DNA of 64,000 nt, taken from assembly GCA_017513085.1 (NCBI GenBank), contig JAFWDK010000029.1, positions 1 to 64,000 of the forward strand. Reading direction: 5' to 3'. Source of the DNA: Clostridiales bacterium (GTDB lineage Bacteria; Bacillota; Clostridia; Saccharofermentanales; Saccharofermentanaceae). The notes beneath the pieces were generated by a model. It searched no databases, had not been told where the DNA came from, and was given only the letters and a program-made list of their open reading frames with translations. This document shows positions 1-9,279 of the stretch, piece by piece (the stretch's first letter is position 1; every line of letters begins with the position of its first letter). The position numbers were made by a program, and so were the translations under genes.

Positions 1-1
1 G

Positions 2-1204
2 GTTACAGCAAACCTGGCAGTAGGCGAGAGTGTAACGATCGAGAATCTGCCTGAGAACACAACGTATGCAGTAAACGAGACTGCAGTAGCAGATTACGAT
101 GCAGTAGCAGAGCAGAGCGGAAAGATCGCTGACGGTCAGACGGCAGAAGTAACTGTTGCGAACAAGTACACGAAGCCGGCTCCGGATGTATACGGAAGCT
201 TGAAAGTCGTTAAAGTTCAGTCAGATGGCAGTGACGATTTCGATGCAAGTGTTAAGTTTGCTATTACGATCGATCTTGTAGTTCCTGCAGGAAAAGATCT
301 GAGTAAAGTTAATGTAATTAATGGTACTTTGAACGGAACAACGGTTACTGCTCAGCTTGGTAAGGATGAGAGTGTTACGATCAATGGCTTGCCGGAAGGA
401 ACCACTTATACGATCAGCGAGGCGGGCAAGGAATACTTTGCACCTGTAGCAGATCAGAATGGCTCTATCCTTGGAGATTCACAGGCGGTAGTTGCTTTGA
501 AGAATACCTATACAAAGCCGACCCCGGTAATTTCGGTAACTCCGAAGCCGACGGATGGACCGACACCTGTAGTTTCGATAACTCCGAAGCCGACAGATAC
601 ACCGACTCCGATTCCGACAGATACACCGACTCCGGTTCCGACAGATACACCGACTCCGGTTCCGACGGATACACCGACTCCGATTCCGACGGATACGCCG
701 ACTCCGGTACCGACAAAGACACCGACTCCGGTTCCGGTACCGACAAAGACACCAACTCCGGTTCCGGTACCGACAAAGACGCCGACTCCGGTACCGACAA
801 AGACGCCGACTCCGGTACCGACAAAGACGCCGACTCCGGTACCGACAAAGACACCAACTCCGGTTCCGACGGATACACCGACTCCGATTCCGACACCGAC
901 AGATACTCCGGTTCCGGTTCCGACGGATACACCGACTCCGGCTCCGACAGATACACCTGTACCGAGTCCGACGAACACACCGACACCGCCAACAGATGAG
1001 GACGTTTCCGGTGGTCACCGTACACCTTCGGGTACGCCGACGCCATCCTCTGATACTGACGGAGCAGGACGCCCGCCACGAGTCAAGACAGGTGATGCAC
1101 CGATCAACGGAAGAATCGGATTTGCAGTATTCCTGATCATTGCAGGATTGGCAATCGTTATTTTCAGAAAACGCATCCTCGCTAAGGTCGAAGAAGACAA
1201 GTAA
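2..1204 (+). CDS. Sortase-anchored cell-surface protein, C-terminal part (5'-truncated by window edge); repeated Ig/CnaB-like beta domains, Pro/Thr linker, cell-wall sorting signal
   Basis: Frame is open from position 2 ([26 protein letters not shown]...), repeating the later [18 protein letters not shown] unit. It has a long PT linker and ends VKTGD + hydrophobic helix + basic tail (FRKRILAK). Confidence 0.8.
   Translation, partial: VTANLAVGESVTIENLPENTTYAVNETAVADYDAVAEQSGKIADGQTAEVTVANKYTKPAPDVYGSLKVVKVQSDGSDDFDASVKFAITIDLVVPAGKDLSKVNVINGTLNGTTVTAQLGKDESVTINGLPEGTTYTISEAGKEYFAPVADQNGSILGDSQAVVALKNTYTKPTPVISVTPKPTDGPTPVVSITPKPTDTPTPIPTDTPTPVPTDTPTPVPTDTPTPIPTDTPTPVPTKTPTPVPVPTKTPTPVPVPTKTPTPVPTKTPTPVPTKTPTPVPTKTPTPVPTDTPTPIPTPTDTPVPVPTDTPTPAPTDTPVPSPTNTPTPPTDEDVSGGHRTPSGTPTPSSDTDGAGRPPRVKTGDAPINGRIGFAVFLIIAGLAIVIFRKRILAKVEEDK
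525..990 (+). repeat. Coding tandem repeat, about 24-bp units encoding PT(D/K)TPTP(V/I)
   Basis: Repeated ccgacggatacaccgactccg / ccgacaaagacgccgactccggta units are visible. Confidence 0.95.
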
Positions 1205-1211
1205 AAATTTT

Positions 1212-1258
1212 GAGGCTATCCCAACCGCGAAAGCGGGGAAGGGTAGCCTCTTCTTTTT
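1212..1258 (+). terminator. Intrinsic terminator
   Basis: GAGGCTATCCC...GGGTAGCCTC stem with inner CCGC-GAAA-GCGG hairpin, followed by TTCTTTTT, just after the stop codon. Confidence 0.85.
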
Positions 1259-1291
1259 GCGTCAATAGAGTGTGGAATCTTTGAAAACAGA

Positions 1292-2608
1292 TTACGAATG
1301 GCCTCGGTAAAGACGGTTTCTCTTATACTGGATCACTTCAAAATGATAATCTTCTTCCCATGTGTTTCTTGCTTGAAGTGTCCACCAATCATGGCTTAAG
1401 ATATCCAGTTCATTCATGCGGGCAAAGGCAGGATCCTTGGAGTAATGACGTGCATCGGAAGTGCGGGAAAGGATCGGAATATCGCAGTTAGAACGCATGG
1501 TTTTCAGCAATGTCCGCCCATGCTCGGAAAAACCGAGAAGCCGCATATACTTCGGCATGACAAGATTATGAAGATCGAGATCTTTCTGACCGATCAGCAG
1601 TGAAGTGAGAGCCCGGAGAATACGTGTGTATGAAAAGCATTTTGTGTGGACTTGCTCAAAGAATTGCTCTTCAATAGGAGTATTCTTTTGAAAGTGCATG
1701 GAAGCGATGCGACTCTTCAAATGAAGTGCAAGATTCTTTCCCATGTGGGCTGCTTCGGATAATGTTTCGACATCTGTAGCTCGAAGAATCGGCAACGCAC
1801 AGGAAATCAATTCACGTGCCCCTAAGGGACGACTACCCGAGTTCCAGGATGCAAGCAGCTCCGACAGCATCGGTGAGGGAACGAAGGAAGAAAGAGAACC
1901 CAAGGAAGAAAGCAAAAGTGCATGAGAAGAAGAATCATGGCTAAGGATTGCTTTGCGCAACGCCGTTGCAGAGGGGAAACGGTCGGTAGACAGCGTTTCC
2001 TCGTGATATCCGTCTTCCCGGTGAATAAGATGGGGTGTGATGGGGCTCCCGTATTTTTTTAATGAACGAAGATAGGCAATTGCCAGAATGTTGTTTGGCT
2101 CGCGAAGAATGGATGAAAAACGTTCTTGCTGTTCCGAATCGAGACGATCAGATAAGACAGAAAGAGAGGCTTTTTCCCAAGAGGCCGCGTAGGAGAGTCC
2201 TTCTTTAAGAAAACGGTCGAGGCTCTCGGAAAACTCCGGAACGGACTCGAAATCAGTCTCGGCAAGTAAGGTGAGGTCGGAAAGACTGCTGCACTCTGCA
2301 CCGAAATACAGATCCGTAACGATGCCGCTCGTGCACAGCATAGCTACGGCGCCATCGGCGAAACGGTCTGCCGACCCGGTAGCAAACGTGAAGGGCAATT
2401 CAAAAACGAGATCCGCACCGCATGACAAGGCAGCACATGTGCGTGAGGAGTAGTCTGCGATGGCCGGTTCTCCACGCTGTACAAAGTCACCGCTCATGAC
2501 AACAACGATAGGTGTGTCGTTTCCTAACTGTTCGCGGAGCTTGTGAAAAAGATGCAAGTGTCCTTCATGAAAAGGATTATATTCGGCTATGATTCCTGCA
2601 ACGCGCAT
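1292..2608 (-). CDS. tmcAL: tRNA(Met) cytidine acetate ligase (YlbM/TmcAL nucleotidyltransferase)
   Basis: GIIAEYNPFHEGH, MSGDFVQRGEPA, PNNILAIAY, SATALR and YTRILR family motifs. Confidence 0.88.
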   Translation of the reverse strand: MRVAGIIAEYNPFHEGHLHLFHKLREQLGNDTPIVVVMSGDFVQRGEPAIADYSSRTCAALSCGADLVFELPFTFATGSADRFADGAVAMLCTSGIVTDLYFGAECSSLSDLTLLAETDFESVPEFSESLDRFLKEGLSYAASWEKASLSVLSDRLDSEQQERFSSILREPNNILAIAYLRSLKKYGSPITPHLIHREDGYHEETLSTDRFPSATALRKAILSHDSSSHALLLSSLGSLSSFVPSPMLSELLASWNSGSRPLGARELISCALPILRATDVETLSEAAHMGKNLALHLKSRIASMHFQKNTPIEEQFFEQVHTKCFSYTRILRALTSLLIGQKDLDLHNLVMPKYMRLLGFSEHGRTLLKTMRSNCDIPILSRTSDARHYSKDPAFARMNELDILSHDWWTLQARNTWEEDYHFEVIQYKRNRLYRGHS

Positions 2609-2679
2609 TCTTTCCCTCCAAAGTAATGGTACAATAACTATAACTTATTTCGTATGGTTCGAAAAGGAGAAATTCGGAT

Positions 2680-4062
2680 ATGGCTTCTCTTAAAGAAGTA
2701 AAGCAGACAGGAAGACGGATCTGGTGGATAGCGGGCATTGCGATTGCCGCTGTAGCGCTGATCATAGGAGTATGCATTTTCATATTTAAAAGCGGATTCT
2801 TCTATAAAAAAGTCGATACCGGCGCGGTTTCTTTTACAATGACGGACCAAATGAACGAGGTCGTAAATGAGAGTGAAATGCAAAAAGGATATCTGCACAC
2901 CAAGCTTTTGGCGGTTCTTCAGGAGAACCGGGGCATAGCTCCGTGGATCCTGGACTGGGTCGTGATCCCCGGTACGACACGGAGTGTTCCCGGTTTTCAA
3001 TCCGGATATGTAGACACGATTGACCAGATCCTTCTTTTGGAGACTTATATCCAGGACGGCAAAAAGAGCAGCGCAGAAAAGTTAATGAAGGCGATCGATG
3101 CACAATTGGCAGATGAAAAAGGATATCTGACGGCGTATGCCAAGGTATCGGAACTTGGCCTGGACAACGGTTCAGAGGGAAACACTTACGAGGGAAATGA
3201 CATATACGAAGACCGGTCTTTTCTTCTTATGGAAAAAGCACCTGCGTCGCTTCAGGCTTCGTCTTTATATCTTCGCGTTCTGATGGATTTTTACGACAAG
3301 TGGGGTAGTGAAAAACTTCTCGAAAAGATAGAATCGCTGGCGGAACTTCTTGCCAAGAGCGAGGGTATGCCTGCTTACCGTGCGGAAAACCGCGAGGCAA
3401 GGGCTACACCGATTCCGGTCAGTGAGATACTGGCTGTCACGCCGACGCCAACGCCGACGCCGGATCCGGAAAAACAAGAAGAGAGAAAACTTGTTTTTCA
3501 GGAAGGCCTGGAGCTTCCCGGATTGGATCTGCTTGCCATGAAGCGGGCATCGGCGATCGATCCGAAATATGAGAAAACATACGAGGAATGGCTGAAGTTG
3601 GTCAAGAACGGAAAAGTTTCCGATGTGCTGCCGCTTTTTGCATGGATGTATGTCGGAGACGGAAACTACACATTCTATGCCGGTGGCGATGCGGATGTGG
3701 AACTGGTTCCTTCACTTTATGTCATATTGCATCTGGCCGAGGTAGGGGAGTTGGATCCCGATTCATATTCCTGGGTGCAGATGCAAGTTCTCAATACAGG
3801 TTTTCTCTATACAAAATACAACATGTTTTCCGGAGCGGCCACAAGTGAAGTGGAAGCTTATGAGGCCTATCCACTGGTTTTGGAATTAGCAGTGATCAAG
3901 AACGACGAAGCGCTTTTTAAGGCGGCATATAATGCCATGATGAGACAGTATGCAACACTCAGCTCCAGCCAGATCCTTCATACTCTATATAGGGATGTGG
4001 AAAATTCCAGGATCGAGCTCCGTGCCCGGGAAAACCTGCTTGCCGAAATCTTTCTGAGATAA
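2680..4062 (+). CDS. Membrane-anchored protein, possibly a divergent GH8/YdaJ-like alpha/alpha-toroid
   Basis: N-terminal TM (IWWIAGIAIAAVALIIGVCIFIF) and a helical body. The C-terminus (EAYEAYPLVLELAVIKNDEALFKAAYNAM...ENLLAEIF) resembles GH8-like Firmicutes proteins by eye. Function is uncertain. Confidence 0.45.
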   Translation: MASLKEVKQTGRRIWWIAGIAIAAVALIIGVCIFIFKSGFFYKKVDTGAVSFTMTDQMNEVVNESEMQKGYLHTKLLAVLQENRGIAPWILDWVVIPGTTRSVPGFQSGYVDTIDQILLLETYIQDGKKSSAEKLMKAIDAQLADEKGYLTAYAKVSELGLDNGSEGNTYEGNDIYEDRSFLLMEKAPASLQASSLYLRVLMDFYDKWGSEKLLEKIESLAELLAKSEGMPAYRAENREARATPIPVSEILAVTPTPTPTPDPEKQEERKLVFQEGLELPGLDLLAMKRASAIDPKYEKTYEEWLKLVKNGKVSDVLPLFAWMYVGDGNYTFYAGGDADVELVPSLYVILHLAEVGELDPDSYSWVQMQVLNTGFLYTKYNMFSGAATSEVEAYEAYPLVLELAVIKNDEALFKAAYNAMMRQYATLSSSQILHTLYRDVENSRIELRARENLLAEIFLR

Positions 4063-4072
4063 GGAGAAAAGA

Positions 4073-4861
4073 ATGTCTTTTGTTCTGTTGCTTGCTTTTT
4101 TGTTTTCTGTGGGAAGTATGCTGGGATGGGTGCTGGAACTCTTTTACCGGAGATTTATCTCCCAGCGTAGATGGGTCAACCCGGGATTTCTTTCCGGACC
4201 ATGTCTTCCTATCTACGGATGTGGGCTTGTCGTTCTCTATCTGATCGCATCTTTGGAAGAACGGATCGGAATTGCTGACCCGACTCTACGAAAGATAGTG
4301 CTTTTTGTGATCATGTCGGTATGCATGACAGTGATCGAATTTGTGGCCGGCTGGATCAGTGTGCACTATTTCCGTGTCCGGCTTTGGGATTATTCGAATA
4401 ATTGGGGAAATATTTGCGGATTGATCTGCCCGCTTTACTCGTTCTTCTGGACGATCCTTGGCGCTTTTTACTATTTCCTGATCCATCCGCACATCCTTCG
4501 TGCATTGGAATGGCTGTCCAACAATCTGGCATTTTCTTTCTTCGTGGGATTCTTCTATGGAATCTTTGTCCTCGATTTCGCGCATCAGACTAAGCTGGTT
4601 ATGGCGATTAAGAAGTTTGCCCGTCAGAAACAGATCGTTATGCATTACGAGGAGATCAAGGAGCGTATCGGTCAATACAAAGAGAGCCGCCTGATCAGAG
4701 CCGGTTTTATCTTCCGTATGTGGATGGACCAGCCGCTTGCCCGTTTCTTGAAAGAAACCTATGAAACGACAAAAGAAATCGTTTCGGATTTTACTGACGG
4801 GATCCGAGAGGATATCTATACGGGAATCGGAAAAACAAAGAGCGGAAACAGTAAAAAGTAG
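4073..4861 (+). CDS. Putative ABC transporter permease (CmpB-like membrane protein family)
   Basis: GWVLE, VNPGFLSGPCLPIYGCG and RLWDYS..WGNICGLICP motifs; multiple TM segments. Confidence 0.8.
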   Translation: MSFVLLLAFLFSVGSMLGWVLELFYRRFISQRRWVNPGFLSGPCLPIYGCGLVVLYLIASLEERIGIADPTLRKIVLFVIMSVCMTVIEFVAGWISVHYFRVRLWDYSNNWGNICGLICPLYSFFWTILGAFYYFLIHPHILRALEWLSNNLAFSFFVGFFYGIFVLDFAHQTKLVMAIKKFARQKQIVMHYEEIKERIGQYKESRLIRAGFIFRMWMDQPLARFLKETYETTKEIVSDFTDGIREDIYTGIGKTKSGNSKK

Positions 4862-4989
4862 GACTTTACATGGCTCTTCGGGGAATGGAGAGTTTCCGGA
4901 GGGAGACTTGAAAATTGCTTCTTCCCGTCCTAGAAATGGGACTCTATATAGAGTATAATGACACTCTAAAAGAACTTATGGAGGCGGAC

Positions 4990-7350
4990 ATGGAAGATCT
5001 ACTTGAAAGCTTGAACCCTGAACAGAGAGAGGCGGTTCTGCATGATGAAGGCCCTCTTTTGATCCTTGCCGGAGCGGGTTCGGGGAAAACCCGGGTAATC
5101 ACATATCGTATTGCATATCTGATCCAGGTGAGGGGAATCTATCCGTCGAATATTCTGGCGATTACGTTTACAAACAAGGCCGCGAATGAGATGAGAGAAC
5201 GTATCAATGCCTTGATCGGGGATGTTTCCCGAAATATGTGGGTCGGAACATTTCACTCCATGTTTGCGCGCATTTTGAGAAGACATGCGGAACTCCTTGG
5301 ATATACAGAGACATTTGCCATCCTGGATACAGATGATCAGTCAAAGGTGATCAAAGAGTGTATCAAGGAGATGGAACTGAACGAGAAGCTTTTTGCGCCG
5401 AGAGCGGTGCAGAGCGTCATCAGTAAAGCGAAGAACGATATGAAGTCGCCGGAAGCTTTTGAAAGAGAGTGTGGCGGAGACTTCCGGAAGCAGAAGATCG
5501 CCAAGATATATCAGAAATATAACGATAAACTGGTCAGTAACAATGCAATGGATTTCGATGATATCCTGTTCTACTCCGTAAAACTGTTTTCCGAACATCC
5601 GGATATACTTACGGTCTATCAGGATAAGTTCCGTTATATTCTTGTTGATGAGTATCAGGATACGAACCATTGCCAGTATACGTTGGTGCAGCTCCTGGCG
5701 AAGCGTTACAGAAATCTTTGCGTGGTCGGAGACGATGACCAGTCGATCTATTCGTTTCGTGGAGCGGATCTTCGGAATATTCTGGATTTTGAGAAAGATT
5801 TTAAGGAAGCTAAAGTTATTAAACTTGAACAGAATTACCGCTCAACGTCTACGATCCTGGATGCAGCCAATAGTGTAATTGCACATAATAAGCACAGAAA
5901 GAGCAAAGCCTTGCGCACGGATAGCGAGCCGGGAGATAAGATCACTTATCTGTGGGCGGATCATCACGGTGCGGAAGCCTATTATTGCGCAGAGTCTATT
6001 TACCGTGATGCGGAATCCGGCAAGATCCCATACAAGGAAGTTGCGATCCTTTATCGTATGAATGCACTTTCACGTACGATCGAGTCTGCTCTTCGGGAAC
6101 GGGGAATTCCATACCGCGTATACGGCGGCATGCGATTCTATGACAGAAAAGAAATCAAGGACGTACTGGCTTACCTTCGGTTGATTTATTCCGATAACGA
6201 TAACTATGCTTTTGAGCGTATCATTAACGTTCCGAAAAGAGGAATCGGCGATACAACGGTGGCAAGGATCCTGGCTATTTCAGAGAGCGAAAATCTAACG
6301 GCTTTGGATGTCTGCCGGAATGCGTCATTGTATCCGGATCTGTCCAGAGCAGCCGGTAAGCTGGGTGACTTCTGTGAGCTGATCGATGAGATGCGCGGCG
6401 TGCTGAAGAAAAATGAAGCTTCGTTTTCGGAATTCATCGAATATGTGCAGGATCGTTCGGGAATGGTAAATGAGATCATTCAGCAGCAAGAGAAAAAAGG
6501 TGAAATGGTCGACCGTGTGGAGAACCTGAAGGAATTGCTTTCTGAAGCAGTTGAATTTGAAGCGCGCCGCAGACGCGAGCTTCAATTAAGTGAAGCGCAG
6601 GAGAAACAGGAAGAGCAGAAGACCGATCCGTTTATGGACAGTGAACCGACTTTTGAAGCGAACCTGACCGGTATCCTCGGGGCATATCTTCAGAATGCGG
6701 CGCTCTATTCGGAAGGCGACAATGCGGATGACAGTGAAGATTTTGTCCGCCTTATGTCTATCCACAGTGCGAAAGGTCTGGAGTTTGAAGCGGTATATCT
6801 GGTCGGCGCGGATGACACGATCTTCCCGAGTTCCCGTTCAACTGAAGAGGATGACCTGGAAGAAGAACGTCGTCTTATGTATGTAGCAATTACCCGGGCA
6901 AAAAAGAAATTAACGATCATTGCTGCCCGAAGCAGAATGCTTTTTGGACAGACACAAAACCTGATGCCGTCACGTTTTATCAAGGAGATCGATCCTTCCT
7001 ACCTGCGATGCATTGCGAGCAAGCGGCAGGTACATCCACAGGAAGCAGTAAATCCCCGATACGCCAAGGGAGCTTATGAGGGCGGTTCGCCATTCGATGC
7101 GGCTTACCCGGCTAAGCCGAAGGAAAAACCATATATTCCGCAATACAAAGTGAGTGCACCCGCGCCGGCTTCCAATTCGGACTTCACGGCGGATACTATA
7201 GCTAAAGGTATGCAGGTGATGCACCCGAGATTCGGACAGGGCGTGGTGGTCTCCTGTGAGAAGGTGGCCGGTGATGCGTTGGTATGCGTGGATTTTGACG
7301 GATTGAAGAAGAATATGCTTTTGAACAAGTCCGGTCTCAAGAGAGGCTGA
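4990..7350 (+). CDS. pcrA: ATP-dependent DNA helicase PcrA/UvrD
   Basis: AGAGSGKT, AITFTNKAA, VDEYQDTN, GDDDQSIY, QNYRS, HSAKGLEF, EERRLMYVAITRA and C-terminal HPRFGQG. ATG at 4990 follows GGAGG. Confidence 0.95.
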   Translation: MEDLLESLNPEQREAVLHDEGPLLILAGAGSGKTRVITYRIAYLIQVRGIYPSNILAITFTNKAANEMRERINALIGDVSRNMWVGTFHSMFARILRRHAELLGYTETFAILDTDDQSKVIKECIKEMELNEKLFAPRAVQSVISKAKNDMKSPEAFERECGGDFRKQKIAKIYQKYNDKLVSNNAMDFDDILFYSVKLFSEHPDILTVYQDKFRYILVDEYQDTNHCQYTLVQLLAKRYRNLCVVGDDDQSIYSFRGADLRNILDFEKDFKEAKVIKLEQNYRSTSTILDAANSVIAHNKHRKSKALRTDSEPGDKITYLWADHHGAEAYYCAESIYRDAESGKIPYKEVAILYRMNALSRTIESALRERGIPYRVYGGMRFYDRKEIKDVLAYLRLIYSDNDNYAFERIINVPKRGIGDTTVARILAISESENLTALDVCRNASLYPDLSRAAGKLGDFCELIDEMRGVLKKNEASFSEFIEYVQDRSGMVNEIIQQQEKKGEMVDRVENLKELLSEAVEFEARRRRELQLSEAQEKQEEQKTDPFMDSEPTFEANLTGILGAYLQNAALYSEGDNADDSEDFVRLMSIHSAKGLEFEAVYLVGADDTIFPSSRSTEEDDLEEERRLMYVAITRAKKKLTIIAARSRMLFGQTQNLMPSRFIKEIDPSYLRCIASKRQVHPQEAVNPRYAKGAYEGGSPFDAAYPAKPKEKPYIPQYKVSAPAPASNSDFTADTIAKGMQVMHPRFGQGVVVSCEKVAGDALVCVDFDGLKKNMLLNKSGLKRG

Positions 7351-7390
7351 TCTGTTCGTGTTATACTATTGAGAGAAGGAGGCGAGAAGA

Positions 7391-8617
7391 ATGGATCAAG
7401 AACAGTCATTGTTTGAACAGTTTCCTGCTGCTTTTCCAGATGATTTCGGACGAAGAGAAAGTGTGGATAATCCCAGAGACCGTCAGATGCTGACGATCCT
7501 TCGCGACGAGAGAGAGAAGGGGCTTTCCCCCTATGCTTTTCACACCAAAAACAGTCGCGGCCGTCTCGTTGACGAGGAACCTTGTCTGGTACGCTCACCA
7601 TTTGAGCGGGATATCGGAAGAGTTATCTTTTCGCAAGCCTTCAGAAGACTCCGTCATAAGACGCAGGTGTTTTTTAATGCGAAGAACGACCATATCTGCT
7701 CGCGCATTGAACATGTTATCTATGTGAATTATATTGCCACTACGATTGCCAAAGCACTGAATCTGAACCTTGACCTGGTGGAGGCGATTGCTTTGGGTCA
7801 TGATCTGGGTCATGCTCCGTTCGGACATTCCGGGGAGAAAGTGCTGGATAAGTGCGCCAAGAAATATGATCCGAACCTGTCATTCCGACATGAGTATCAG
7901 AGCCTTCGTGTTGTAGATATCCTTGAAGAGCGTCCGGCAGGAAAGCCCGGAGGAATCAACCTTTCGTTTGAAGTTCGCGATGGTATCGTCTCCCATTGTG
8001 GAGAAACCTATAGTGAATATATTTTGTCTCCTTATAGGGATAAGCCGACGGAACTTCTGCTTGATCAGGAGAAGGCGCTTTCTGTTATGCCGGCTACTTT
8101 GGAAGGCTGCGTGGTACGCATTTCAGATAAGATCGCGTACATCGGAAGAGATATTGAGGATGCCTGCCTGGCGGGTATTATGGAATTTGAGGATATACCG
8201 CCGGCTATTACTTCGCGCCTGGGCAAGAATAATTCCCAGATCATCAATACATTGGTTGGAGATCTGATCCATAACAGTTTGGATAAAGATGAGATCCGTC
8301 TTTCGGATGAAGCAGGGCAGGCGATGCGCGAACTTCTGGAAGAAAATGTGGCCAGGATCTATCGGTCTGAGAAAATCAACCGTTATGAGGCGACGGTGAA
8401 GAATTCGATCGAAGGTCTTTTCGAAGCTTTGATGGCGGCCATGAAAGATAAAGAGAAGGCGCTGGCTTCCGGTAATTCCGTTTTCGAAGGAATGGCGAAG
8501 TATGCGAAGAATTACCCGCTTCAGGATGCCGGAGACACACAGATGGTCATTGACTATATTGCAGGAATGACGGATTCATTTGCCACGTCCTGCTATGAGA
8601 AGATCTACTGGGTCTGA
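7391..8617 (+). CDS. dNTP triphosphohydrolase (dGTPase-like HD protein)
   Basis: RSPFERD, AFRRLRHKTQV, GHDLGHAPFGHSGE, SDKIAY..DIED and DYIAGMTD. Confidence 0.9.
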   Translation: MDQEQSLFEQFPAAFPDDFGRRESVDNPRDRQMLTILRDEREKGLSPYAFHTKNSRGRLVDEEPCLVRSPFERDIGRVIFSQAFRRLRHKTQVFFNAKNDHICSRIEHVIYVNYIATTIAKALNLNLDLVEAIALGHDLGHAPFGHSGEKVLDKCAKKYDPNLSFRHEYQSLRVVDILEERPAGKPGGINLSFEVRDGIVSHCGETYSEYILSPYRDKPTELLLDQEKALSVMPATLEGCVVRISDKIAYIGRDIEDACLAGIMEFEDIPPAITSRLGKNNSQIINTLVGDLIHNSLDKDEIRLSDEAGQAMRELLEENVARIYRSEKINRYEATVKNSIEGLFEALMAAMKDKEKALASGNSVFEGMAKYAKNYPLQDAGDTQMVIDYIAGMTDSFATSCYEKIYWV

Positions 8618-8657
8618 GTGATCGGTAAAGACAGGAAAGAAGAAGGAAGAAGAAAAT

Positions 8658-9260
8658 ATGGAAGATCAGTACAATTTCTATGCCATGCTGGATCGTATGC
8701 AGTATATCCAGCGGTGGGGGTTGATGCGGAATACAAGAACAGAGAATCTGAAAGAACACAGTTTTGATGTGGCAGTCATCGCACATTCTTTGGCGTTGAT
8801 CCATAATGAGATCTTGAAGAAGCCGTCTATAGATCCGTTCTTAACGATGGCGGAGGCTTTGTATCACGATATCACGGAGATCATCACGGGAGATATGCCG
8901 ACTCCGATCAAGTATAAAAACGATGAATTGAAGACGGCGTATAAGGCTGTGGAAGCACAGGCGGCCGAGAATATGATGGGACTTCTTCCCGAACCGCTTC
9001 AGGGAAGTTACAGAGATCTGTTGCTTCCGGATCTTTCCTCAGAAGAAAGAAAACAGGTCCATCGGCTTGTAAAAGCGGCGGATCGATTGAGCGCGTATCT
9101 GAAGTGTCTGATGGAAGATAAAGCCGGCAATGACGAATTCCGTTCCGCCAGAGAGAGCATCGAAAACTCGATACATAAACTCGAGTGTGAAGAAGCCGAG
9201 TATTATATGCAACATTTTGTTCCTGCTTATGGCATGACTTTAGATGAGATCAGCAAATGA
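8658..9260 (+). CDS. yfbR: 5'-deoxynucleotidase (HD family)
   Basis: RWGLMRN..ENLKEHS, YHDITEIITGDMPTPIKY and VKAADRLSAYLKC..E..AGNDEF. Confidence 0.9.
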   Translation: MEDQYNFYAMLDRMQYIQRWGLMRNTRTENLKEHSFDVAVIAHSLALIHNEILKKPSIDPFLTMAEALYHDITEIITGDMPTPIKYKNDELKTAYKAVEAQAAENMMGLLPEPLQGSYRDLLLPDLSSEERKQVHRLVKAADRLSAYLKCLMEDKAGNDEFRSARESIENSIHKLECEEAEYYMQHFVPAYGMTLDEISK

Positions 9261-9279
9261 GAAACATAGAGGAACATAA

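Noticed and set aside
465-1079. Several antisense repetitive ORFs (SEPES, CRCRYR, VGTGVG)
   Set aside because: They are shadows of the stop-poor Pro/Thr repeat; only the + frame gives a coherent sortase substrate.
7391-8617. dGTPase as part of a defence island
   Set aside because: The neighbours are core genes, with no other defence or mobility genes nearby.
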